DNA of 64,000 nucleotides from Marsupella aquatica (lineage: Eukaryota; Plantae; Marchantiophyta), in assembly GCA_973895155.1 (NCBI GenBank), contig OZ316896.1, positions 13,449,469 through 13,513,468 of the forward strand. The letters run 5' to 3'. Each line of letters opens with the position of its first letter. Position 1 is the first letter of the stretch. The position numbers and the translations under genes are program-made. Of this stretch, positions 1-10,219 are shown piece by piece. The notes below the pieces were generated by a model. That model was not told the DNA's origin. It worked only from the letters and a program-made list of their open reading frames with translations, and did no database searches.

Positions 1-1490
1 AACAATGCTCATTTTGCATTGTTCAGAGAGTGTAGGCCATGTCTTTATATATGGAATTTGTGTGTCCCATGGTGGGAACTACAAACTTCACACTTTGAAT
101 GTTTGGCTTCTGTAGACCACTATCATATCCTGCCAAAGTTACTCCATCATGTGTTTCCCAATTGACTTATGGATGGAATGAAATCTTGGCCATCCGATGA
201 TGAGCTTATTTTCCTCTTTGTTAGATCACCCCTAGGACCCAATGAAGTATGTCTGCACACCTTCACCCATCCGCCCTCACATGCAGCACCTGCCTGCTTG
301 CCATCCCCCATCCCGGCCTCACATGACACAGCACCTGCCTCCCTCCCCTATGTGCCCTTGGGGAGGGAGCAGAAGGAGAGGGTGGTGAACATTTGGGTGG
401 GAAGCGCGATGGTGAGGAAGGGAGGGCAGGGATTGGGAGAGCAAGGGGGAAGGATGAGGGCAAGGGGGAAATAAATATAAAACAGTCTCCCTCCAGGAAG
501 CTCCATATGACTGTGCCAGGACCCTATCATCCCTGGGCACGGTTGCTCGTATCTTGTTCCTCCCAACCCTCCCATGACTCCTCTTGTCGCATGCATCTCC
601 CCTCTCCCGCCACCCTGCCCTTACCCATGCAGCCCCTCTCCTCATCTCTCCCTTTCCCTCAATGCCACCCTCTCCCCTCCCCAACAATTTGCCTCCCCCT
701 TACTCAATGTGCCCTGCCCGACTGACATAAGCTTGCCTCTCATTGGGTCCCATACAACATGGTTGCACTGCAGTAGAAAAATGGAAAAGAAATCCATATA
801 TCTACATAGTTCTTATACATTTCTATATTAACTTATTCAAATTATTTAGAAATCATGTTATCATATCTCAAATCGTGTTATGAGACATTTGAGATAAAGT
901 AATGGAATGGAGTTTATTGGGAAATGGCAGGCATAGTAGTCTTGAACAGGGTGTGCAAGACATGGGATGATGCAGGCTATGGAACTCTTAAACATTTCCT
1001 GGGATTTGCTAGATTGCCATTTTTTGTGGCATATTACTTACCTTGCCACTGATTTGTTGTTAATCACAATGCCTTGGTTTTGATTTATATTTCACAGCAT
1101 CGGGTGTTATTATTGCAGGGCTCCAGTCTTCCTCAAAGTGACTTTGACCAGCATTAGGCATGACCTGTGCTTGTATACACACAGAGAGGCTGTGTGCCGG
1201 GACAGAGGCCTGCGTAAGAGGACAGGAGTACAAGAACAAGGCCAGCCAACCTACTCCTTTGTCAAAGTCACCTCGAGGGAGGTTGGTTTAGTCCAATTGC
1301 AACACTGGATGCAATAACAGCCATTGAATGGGAAGGAGCTGACCTGGGTTACTTTCTTGAGGCACATTTGAAAACAGTGGCATTGTAAAACATAGAAAAC
1401 ATCAGTGGGCAGGTACTTATTATGACACATAAGAATGACAATGCAATAAATCCTACTAAACATTTATGTCATAAATATAACATTGTGAAG

Positions 1491-1911
1491 TGTTGGGTAT
1501 TTACTCTTACGTCTAGGTTAGGTATGACGTGGTTGGTACAACAACGTGGGTTGGTACAACTACGTGGTTAGGTACAACTACGTGATTAGGTACAACTATG
1601 TGGTTAGGTACAACTACGTGATTATGTACAACTATGTGGTTAGGTACAACTAAGTTGCACACTATATCATAAGAGGCATGTGTGCTTGGAGAGGTAGAAC
1701 CAAGGCTCATTGTTATGGAGCCACTTGAGAGATAGAGAGAGCTTACACTGTGGAGACTCGGTATAGCTGACGGGCTTAGAGTTCAGTAAAGCTCTCTTGT
1801 GTGTTCCCGTGGACGTAGCCTCAAGGAGGTGAACCACATATCTCTTGTGTCGACTATTGTGCGTTGGATGGTTCATGGGCTTGCCGTTGCGATCGTCGTC
1901 TATGCTCAACA
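1491..1911 (+). repeat. 5' LTR of copia-A (421 bp, 7 copies of an 18-bp tandem unit)
   Basis: Starts TGTTGG, ends TCAACA, followed by the PBS; nearly identical to 8866-9322. Confidence 0.97.
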
Positions 1912-1913
1912 AT

Positions 1914-1925
1914 TGGTATCAGAGC
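1914..1925 (+). promoter_or_regulatory. Primer-binding site (tRNA-iMet) of copia-A
   Basis: TGGTATCAGAGC 2 nt after the LTR end. Confidence 0.95.
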
Positions 1926-3061
1926 ATGCTTGGGAGGTGACGTGTGTTCGTGACGGGATTTCATGACGGTTTTTCCAGCGTTGAGTGTTGGTGGATTTTC
2001 CAGAGTTCCATCGCATGGAACTTGGAGTTTATGGGCTCAACGGATAGATCGGGGCAAGAGCTTTCTAACGGTGTGAAGAAATCGCTGAACGGAGCTCGTG
2101 GTGCAGAGAGATCTAAGTTTTCGTCATTCTGGATTTTGTGAAGAAAGTTGGCAATCCACTCGGAGGGAGAAGCGTCAAGTGTTTTGACTCAACGGAGAGA
2201 TTGAGGCAAGACGATTGTTTTGAGTCCGGGATTGGCTCTTTGATGCAAAGAGGAAGGCTAAGCAAAATCAATTACCTTGTTGGATTGGTGACGGCACCAA
2301 GTGCAATTGATCAACATTCGTTGTTGACAAGGTACCATTTTTTCTCTTTGAAAAACTAATTCGAAATTGGCTATGGCAATTGAGAGAAATCTGTCATCTT
2401 TACCAATTTTTTCTCCCTCGTTCTTTCCTCGTTTTGGGTGCTTCTTATATCGATCTTCACCGCCTCGAAGTCTAGTTTCCAAATCTGAAATCAGATCTTG
2501 ATTTCGTCAAAACCCGAGTGAGATATCTTGCGTTTGGTGTCGAGGGGTACATTCTGCCGTGTGTATTTTCATCGCGCGCGACCAGATTTCGACGACGAAG
2601 GGTGGTAGGGGGTTTTGGGGGTTCGAGGACACGTGTCAGCCCCTCGATTGTTCTTCCAAAATTCCCACAGGGCCTGTAAAAGGGTCATAGAATATTCCAA
2701 AAAACCAGAGAGCTATTTTTTGACCGTCCGACAAAGATTTCATCCGTCGAACGGTAACTTTTTTGGTTATTTTTTGGCGAGGTCGTAGCCATTGAAGTTG
2801 GCAATGCAGCGCACCAATCACATCGCAATTCCGACAACGGGTTGTACTTGGTATTTCGGTTATTCCCTGAGGTGGTCAAAACGGGGGAGTTTCCCAAGGT
2901 TTTACCCACCTCGACCGAAATTTGAATAACTTTTCCGTCAAATTTCGATTTTGATTTTGGTTTTCAGTATTGGACTCCTAGCTTTGTGGGCTACGCGGTG
3001 GTATTGAGTTTCGAGTTTTTTGAGAAGTTGTGAAAAACAACATTTTTTGTGACTTTTTCAT

Positions 3062-4096
3062 ATGAGTGATTCGGAGGAGTTTTTCGAAGACGTGGTACTT
3101 GAAGCACGAGGATCACCGCGGAGGTTTCAGGGGCAGAGAGAGGAGCAGGAGGAAGAGCACGTGACACCGATACCATCACCGGTGCGGCGTGTGGTGGAGG
3201 AAGCAGTACTACTACCGGAGCTCACGGTAAAGAAGAAGATGGGGACTTTCAAGCTTGGGGGACCCAAGTATGAAGTGACAAAGTATGATGGGCGCTCTGA
3301 CTACTTGCTATGGGAGAAGCAGGTGAAGGGAGTGCTTTATGCGTCAGGGATGGGCCAACTGCTGAGCCCTCGTGAAGACGATGTTGATGAGAAACAATGG
3401 GACCGCATGCAGGAGCAGGGAGTGTGGTGTGTTACACTCTATCTCATGCCTCCCATCATCAAGCAGTTAGGTGCACATAAGGATTGCATGTCCTTGTTTG
3501 CGGAATTGCAGAGCAAGTATCACCGCAAGGAGTTGTCGAATCGGCTCTACACTTCCTACAAACTGATGAGTTTCAGGATGAAGGAATCTGGTACGAAGTT
3601 GCAAGACCATGTGGATGCTTTCAACGACATGGTCGTTGACTTGGAAAACCTTGGGGAGACTTTGAATGATGAGACGAAGGCTCTGCAGCTTTTTAGTTCA
3701 TTGCCTCCATCTTACCAGTCCCTATCACGAGTGTTGTTGCATCGTGATAGGGATACCATTTCATACAATGACGTGGTAAGTTCTCTGCTTAGTGATGATC
3801 TTCAGCAGAAGATGCACATCACGTCACAGCCTTCATCATCTGGTGCTGCCCTCAATGTTAACCGTGGGAGGAGTATGCAGCGACCAACTGGGGACCGTAG
3901 AACCCAGTTTAGATCTAAATCCAGATCTAAGTCCAAGGGTAAATCCCCTCAGAGGAGGCAGGTGACATGTTGGAAGTGCAACCAAGTTGGACACTTCAAG
4001 CGAGACTGTAAGGGAAAGGCAGCGGAAACTTCATCGGCAAATGTGGCTAGGGCTGATGGAGAAGCTGATTTACTCAATGATGAGTATGTTTTATGA
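3062..4096 (+). CDS. gag: copia-A Gag with CCHC zinc knuckle
   Basis: 344-aa ORF with KYDGRSDYLLWE, LPPSY and CWKCNQVGHFKRDC motifs; ends in a TGA in frame with pol. Confidence 0.92.
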   Translation: MSDSEEFFEDVVLEARGSPRRFQGQREEQEEEHVTPIPSPVRRVVEEAVLLPELTVKKKMGTFKLGGPKYEVTKYDGRSDYLLWEKQVKGVLYASGMGQLLSPREDDVDEKQWDRMQEQGVWCVTLYLMPPIIKQLGAHKDCMSLFAELQSKYHRKELSNRLYTSYKLMSFRMKESGTKLQDHVDAFNDMVVDLENLGETLNDETKALQLFSSLPPSYQSLSRVLLHRDRDTISYNDVVSSLLSDDLQQKMHITSQPSSSGAALNVNRGRSMQRPTGDRRTQFRSKSRSKSKGKSPQRRQVTCWKCNQVGHFKRDCKGKAAETSSANVARADGEADLLNDEYVL

Positions 4097-5830
4097 AGCT
4101 GGGGGTATGCCCTGTGCACGTCATCTAGGAGAGCAGATGATGTGTGGATTCTTGATTGTGCTTGCTATTTTTATATTTGTTACATTCGTGAGTTTTTCAG
4201 TTCTTACTCTGTTTCAAACGGTTCAGTTCTGATGGGAAATGATCACTCCTGTCAAATTGAGGGAATTGGGTCTGTGAAGATTCAAATGTTTGATGGCGCT
4301 GTGCGCACAGTGTCCAGAGTCAGGTATGTACCTGGCATGCGTAAGAATCTGATTTCACTCGGTGTGTTGGATTCAAATGGTCATCAATGGAGCGTTATTG
4401 ATGGTGAACTTCAAGTCAGGTCGGGAGAGACAGTGATTTTGAAGGGGAGTAGACAAAAGAATTTGTATGTGTTACAGGGCAATACTGTATGTGGAGAGGC
4501 CAATGTAACCAAGTCTCACGAGGAGATGACTCAACTGTGGCATTCACGGCTAGGCCACATGAGTGAGAAGGGTTTGGCTATCTTACGGAAGAATGGACTC
4601 ATTTTTGATTTGCAATCTTGTAAATTAGAGTTTTGTGAGCATTGCATTCTTGGAAAGCAGCATCGTCGTGCTTTTGGTGTTGGAACTCATCGTTCCAAAG
4701 CGGTTCTTGAGTACATACATAGTGACGTGTGGGGTCCATCCCCGACTCCCTCACACTCTGGAAAGTTATACTATGTATCATTTATTGATGATTACTCAAG
4801 ATTTGTGTGGATTTATTTCATGACGCATAAGTCTGATGTCTTGTCCATTTTTAAGAAGTGGAAGGCCCAGGTGGAGAATCAGACTGGAAACACGATCAAG
4901 TGTTTGGATACAAGGGTGAAGAGTCTGAGGTCAGACAACGGCGGGGAGTACACTTCAATGGAATTTGAAGAGTACTGTTCAGAACAGGGGATAACTCGCC
5001 ATCTCACCACAGTTTATACTCCGCAGCAGAATGGTGTCGCTGAGAGGCTCAATCGGACACTGTTGGAGCGGTCACGGAGTATGTTGAGCCAATCAGGTTT
5101 ACCACAAGAATTTTGGGCAGAAGCTGTCAATACCGCAACTTATTTGGTAAATCTTTCTCCTTCTAGTGCTATCAATTTCAAAACGCCGTTTGAGATGCGC
5201 TATAAGCGGCAAGCAGACTATCATGGCTTGGTAATTTTTGGAAGTGATGCATATGCTCTCACACCAAAGCAGAATAGGACCAAGTTGGATCCTACCTCCA
5301 GGAAATGTGTTTTTCTTGGGTACCAGAGTGGTGTGAAAGCCTATAGGCTATGGGATCCTATTGCCTGTAAGCTCGTTGTCAGTAGGGATGTTTCCTTCAA
5401 TGAATCCAGATTATTGAAGGAGGGGGAGAATACTGAGGTCTCCCGTACTGACAAAGAAAAATCTCCTATCCCGGATCTCGTTGAGGGGGAGATTGGTTAT
5501 GAGGTGCATGACCGAAGAGAAGGAGTTGCTCCAATTATGGAGTTGGTTCCTGTGCCAGAGGAACCAGAGGAGTTTGTTGATGCCGGTGAGCAACAAGTGG
5601 ATGCTGTTGAGCTTCAAATTGTACCAGCACACGCAGATCAACCGGAGTCATCGGCTAGAAGAACATCTGGTCGCACTGTACGTGCTCCATCAAGGTATGG
5701 ACAGTGGGTTGATTCATCTCAACTGCAAGAGGATGATTTTACAGCTGATGATGAGGGTGATGCGTTAATTTTGGAAGAAGGAGAACCTTCTTCATTTCAT
5801 GAGGCAAGTGCTTCAAAGAAGAAGCAGAAG
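4097..5830 (+). CDS. pol: copia-A Pol, protease plus integrase part
   Basis: Same frame as gag after the TGA; WILDCAC protease, LWHSRLGH/CEHC zinc domain, HSDVWGP, SDNGGEY, PQQNGVAER and GKGY-like GVKAYRLWD; cut at 5830 by the TIR insertion. Confidence 0.92.
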
Positions 5831-7127
5831 CCCTGGGCCCTCACTCTTACTATATTAAGTGAACCCCCCTGAGAACAGACACCCCCCGTGTACCCCTTCT
5901 TAATATTTTTGTTCACAAAAAAAAATCCCTTGTTAATGTAAAAACATTATTTTTTCCTATAAAAATTTATCCTTTTGTAAATTATAATAGAGTTTTTCAA
6001 GGAATTAAAAAAACCCTTGAATTTTTAAAAATTGTAAATATCATACTGAAACATAAAAGATTCTATTTTGCATAGGGGAATATTATGTTACGCTGATGTT
6101 CACGGTACATATTTTATGTAGATCATAACAAAATTAATACTAAAGATTTATAGTTCTTCCTAGAGTATATGACTATAACTCAGGCAACTTGTAGACCTCA
6201 TAGAGATAAACTGAACTAGTACAAAGGCATTATTATGCTATGCTATATCCTTGGTCCAGCAGGAATAATTGCATATATATTACTTATGTAAATTCCAATT
6301 GCTAAATTATTCTATCTTGACTAAGAATGGTATGACATCAACCATTAACACCAAATGATAAGTAGAGTTTTTGGCAACTTCTTTCATGCAACCTGACACA
6401 TCAAACCACACATTAATCATATATATTCTAGACACAAAGTACTAATAATACAAAAAATGACTACTGAAATTTGTGGAGAGTAATACCATCAAATCTCCTT
6501 TGGCTGAAATTGTTACTTAGACATGGTGGGTAATTTTCCTGCCATATCTGCAATCAAACAACTGTGAGCACCGGGTACCCCCCCCAACCCAATGATCAAG
6601 GGAGTACACCACCCCACACACAAACACACCTGGCCTCATACCTGGCCATTTGATTCGAGGGAATTCAAAAGTAATCTTGTTTGTCTATGTGGGATTGATT
6701 CATGGGTCCCCATCAATCCCAGAACCCAAACGAGTTGGGCCCCAAAATCCTGGCCCAACATTTACTTAACTCCCAACTTAACACATGCGGGTAAACAAGT
6801 CTACCATGCAAGCCCATGAAACCAAACTTGCCTTAAGAGGATAAATAATTAAATGTCTGATTTACTATATGGACATGTGTGCCAATGAAGTGATGACATG
6901 TGTGCCAACCATATAGTGACACGTGTCCTTGGCATTTTAGGTACCCTTGCATAAGATTAATGTGACATGTATTTGATAAGAGCCTTATTACTAATATTGT
7001 GATGAATGTATATACATGGATGTTGCCTACTTTAAAAAATATTATAAAAATTAGTTTGCATTACATTAAAAATACCCTTGCGTTGTTCGCACGTCCTCCC
7101 TGCATTAGTAACGCTGAGGGCCCAGGG
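5831..7127. mobile_element. Non-autonomous TIR DNA transposon (1297 bp, 13-bp TIR, 8-bp TSD) inserted in copia-A pol
   Basis: CCCTGGGCCCTCA (5831-5843) and TGAGGGCCCAGGG (7115-7127) are perfect inverted repeats; TSD AGCAGAAG at 5823-5830 and 7128-7135; removing the insert restores ...KKKQKWTAAMQ. Confidence 0.95.
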
Positions 7128-7135
7128 AGCAGAAG

Positions 7136-8674
7136 TGGACTGCAGCAATGCAAACGGAGATGCAGTCACTAAAGGACAACAAAACTTGGGAGCTTGTTAA
7201 GCTGCCTAAGGGTCAGCAAGTGGTGGACAGCAAGTGGATTTACAAGCTGAAGGATAATTCCATAGGAGGTGGATCGAAGGTCTACAAGGCTAGGTTGGTA
7301 GCAAAGGGATTCACACAAGAGAAAGGTGTGGATTACAATGAGGTCTTCTCACCAGTTGCTAAGTACTCTACAATACGACTATTGTGTGTACTTGTTGTAA
7401 TGTTTGGTCTGCTGCTAGATCAGATGGATGTTGTCACAGCTTTCCTCTATGGCACATTGGAAGAGGTGATCTTCATGAGACAACCGCTAGGTTTTGTGAA
7501 GAGAGGACAGGAGGAATTGGTTTGCAGATTGCTGAAATCCTTGTATGGGTTGAAGCAGTCACCAAGACAGTGGAACAAGCGGTTTGACGATTGGATTCGG
7601 TCACAAGGTTTTCACAGAAGTGTATTTGACCCTTGTGTGTATTTGAAATCGGTAAAAAATATTGTATTTGGGTTCATTGTTTTAGTACTTTATGTGGATG
7701 ATATGCTAATTGTAGCCAAGGATAGGTCTGAGATTGTTAAGCTCAAGGCACTGCTTAGTGCAGAGTTTAAGATGAAGGACTTAGGGCCAACTAAGAGGAT
7801 TTTGGGTATGGAGATCACTAGGGACTTGGAGGTTGGCAAGCTATGGTTGACGCAGAGCAGTTATGCGAGGAAGGTAATTGCAAGGTTCAACATGGGGAAT
7901 AGCAAGCCAGTAAGTACCCCGTTGGCTCCACACTTCAAGTTATCATCAGCGTTCTGTCCTACGGATGACACAGAGAAGGGGTTGATGTCAAAGGTTCCAT
8001 ATGACAAGGCAGTGGGGAGTCTCATGTATTTGATGACTTGCACTAGACCTGATCTTGCCATGGCTATGGGCAAGGTGAGCAGGTACATGTCGAATCCAGG
8101 GAAGGTACACTGGGAAGCAGTGAAGTGGATTATCAGGTACTTGAAGGGTACCGTGGATCATGGTCTTTTATTTGATGCGAATGCAAAGAATGCTAGATCA
8201 TTGATTGGCTATGTAGATTCTGACTATGGACAAGATTTGGACCGAAGGAGATCAACAACAGGATACGTGTTCACACTTGGCGGTGGATGCATAAGTTGGA
8301 GGTCTACTTTGCAGAAGTGTATTGCTCAGTCTACTACAGAAGCGGAGTATGTTGCAGCTGCGGAAGCAGCAAAGGAAGCGATTTGGTTGGATAGACTTAT
8401 CACTGAAATGGGATTGCCACAGGGGAATGTGAAGCTCCATTGTGATAGTCAAAGTGCGCTCCACCTTGCTGTGAACCAGGTGATGGACAGCAGAGTGAAG
8501 CACATTGATGTCAAGTACCATTTTATCAGGCAGGCTGTGTCTGATAATTTGTTTGAGCTAGTCAAGATTGATGGTAAACTCAACCCGGCTGACGCATTTA
8601 CCAAAGTGATTCCTTTGGAGAGTTTCTCTAGACACCGTGACGTATTGCAGGTTTTGAAATTGCATCACAAGTAG
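7136..8674 (+). CDS. pol: copia-A Pol, reverse transcriptase plus RNase H part
   Basis: KARLVAKGF, QMDVVTAFL, LYGLKQSPRQW, LYVDDM, YVDSD, TEAEY, CDSQSA and NPADAFTK motifs; intact to the stop. Confidence 0.95.
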   Translation, partial: WTAAMQTEMQSLKDNKTWELVKLPKGQQVVDSKWIYKLKDNSIGGGSKVYKARLVAKGFTQEKGVDYNEVFSPVAKYSTIRLLCVLVVMFGLLLDQMDVVTAFLYGTLEEVIFMRQPLGFVKRGQEELVCRLLKSLYGLKQSPRQWNKRFDDWIRSQGFHRSVFDPCVYLKSVKNIVFGFIVLVLYVDDMLIVAKDRSEIVKLKALLSAEFKMKDLGPTKRILGMEITRDLEVGKLWLTQSSYARKVIARFNMGNSKPVSTPLAPHFKLSSAFCPTDDTEKGLMSKVPYDKAVGSLMYLMTCTRPDLAMAMGKVSRYMSNPGKVHWEAVKWIIRYLKGTVDHGLLFDANAKNARSLIGYVDSDYGQDLDRRRSTTGYVFTLGGGCISWRSTLQKCIAQSTTEAEYVAAAEAAKEAIWLDRLITEMGLPQGNVKLHCDSQSALHLAVNQVMDSRVKHIDVKYHFIRQAVSDNLFELVKIDGKLNPADAFTKVIPLESFSRHRDVLQVLKLHHK

Positions 8675-8865
8675 AGTTTTCTTAAACATTCATTGTAATT
8701 ACTGATATATGCTCTTCCTCATTCCTATGTATTAGGCTACGGCTTAGTTCTGGTTTGCTCTAGTTAGAGAGGGAAACCGGTTTGGTTTCTGTCCAGAACT
8801 TCCCGCTGAGGGATCATATACATTGGCAGTATTACTCTCCCCTAGACCAGAGTCAAGGGGAAGAT

Positions 8866-9322
8866 TGTTGGGTATTTACTCTTACGTCTAGGTTAGGTAT
8901 GACGTGGTTGGTACAACAACGTGGGTTGGTACAACTACGTGGTTAGGTACAACTACGTGATTAGGTACAACTATGTGGTTAGGTACAACTACGTGATTAG
9001 GTACAACTATGTGGTTAGGTACAACTACGTGATTAGGTACAACTATGTGGTTAGGTACAACTAAGTTGCACACTATATCATAAGAGGCATGTGTGCTTGG
9101 AGAGGTAGAACCAAGGCTCATTGTTATGGAGCCACTTGAGAGATAGGGAGAGCTTACACTGTGGAGACTCGGTATAGCTGACGGGCTTAGAGTTCAGTAA
9201 AGCTCTCTTGTGTGTTCCCGTGGACGTAGCCTCAAGAAGGTGAACCACGTATCTCTTGTGTCGACTATTGTGCGTTGGATGGTTCATGGGCTTGCCGTTG
9301 CGATCGTCGTCTATGCTCAACA
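8866..9322 (+). repeat. 3' LTR of copia-A (457 bp, 9 copies of the 18-bp unit)
   Basis: Preceded by the PPT, followed by TSD TGAAG; about 4 substitutions plus a 36-bp repeat-number difference versus the 5' LTR. Confidence 0.97.
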
Positions 9323-9900
9323 TGAAGAAATCTTTATGCATAATCCTTGTCTAGCACATTGGTGGTGTTCAGTTGGATCTGGTGCATTGTGGGTCTGAGC
9401 CCAGCACTCAGCTCTTCTTTTGCATCAAGATGATAGGCCTTGAAAAAGAGCAAAATTAGATTTAAGAGAAGAAAAGAATTAAGGAAGGGAGGGCTGGGAA
9501 AGAGATAGAAAAAACAATGGATGGATGGAAAGACACAGAAGATATATAGGTCTTAACTAAGTACAAAAATAGATGGAATAACAAGAAAGACAGTCCTCAT
9601 AGGCTTAAATTTAAATGAAGATAATAAAATGAACTTGGCACACTAAATAGAGATGCACCATACTGGGACACTAAACAGAGATGCGCCATAGACCAGCATC
9701 AAAGCGGATTTGTCCTTGTAGCCTATCTAATTGGATTAATGCACTTTTAGATTTTTATCTCTGGTCTGTGTTCTGTTCAAATCCTAGTTAAAAATGCATA
9801 ACAGGATGGTTTCCAATTCAAATCCTCTTGCATGTTTCATAGGGACTTAGTGGTTCTGTTCAAATCCTAGTAAATAATACCTTAGATAGTGGTCCAACTT

Positions 9901-10219
9901 TGTTAAGGATTGCTCTTAGTCTTGTGACTCATAGGTTACGGCACTTAGGCTAACCACAGTTAGGATCTTAGCTGAGGTTAGGTTAGTCGTGTGTGACCTT
10001 GTATATACCAGGGCTAGTGTAAGCCGCTGGTGAGTGGTGCTTACTCATTGTAACAGAGCAACTTGAGGAAGAGAGAGGATGTGTGTTCGTCTACTCTTGA
10101 AGTAAAGCTTGAGTGTTCGTGTGGACGTAGCCTTGGAGAAAAGGTGAACCATGTAGAGATTGTGTCGATGGAATGAATCATGGTTGTATGGTCGTTGCGA
10201 ATGACATCTTAGTTCAACA
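9901..10219 (+). repeat. 5' LTR of copia-B (319 bp)
   Basis: TGTTAAG...TTCAACA, followed by the PBS. Confidence 0.96.

Larger units (their letters stand above)
1491..9322 (+). mobile_element. Full-length Ty1/copia LTR retrotransposon (copia-A, Tnt1/Tork-like), interrupted by a TIR element
   Basis: TG...CA LTRs at 1491-1911 and 8866-9322; 5-bp TSD TGAAG (1486-1490, 9323-9327); PBS TGGTATCAGAGC 1914-1925; PPT AAGGGGAAGA 8855-8864; domain order gag-PR-IN-RT-RNaseH. Confidence 0.98.

Noticed and set aside
1-1400. Possible transposase remnant (GICVSHG, faintly like a KDZ CxHG motif)
   Set aside because: Short broken frames with no additional diagnostic motifs; nearby ORFs derive from low-complexity purine/pyrimidine tracts
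1530-1652. CRISPR-like appearance of the regular repeats
   Set aside because: No unique spacers, no cas genes, eukaryotic LTR context
1513-1710. VVPNH-repeat ORFs (also 8888-9121)
   Set aside because: Antisense translation of the 18-bp LTR tandem array
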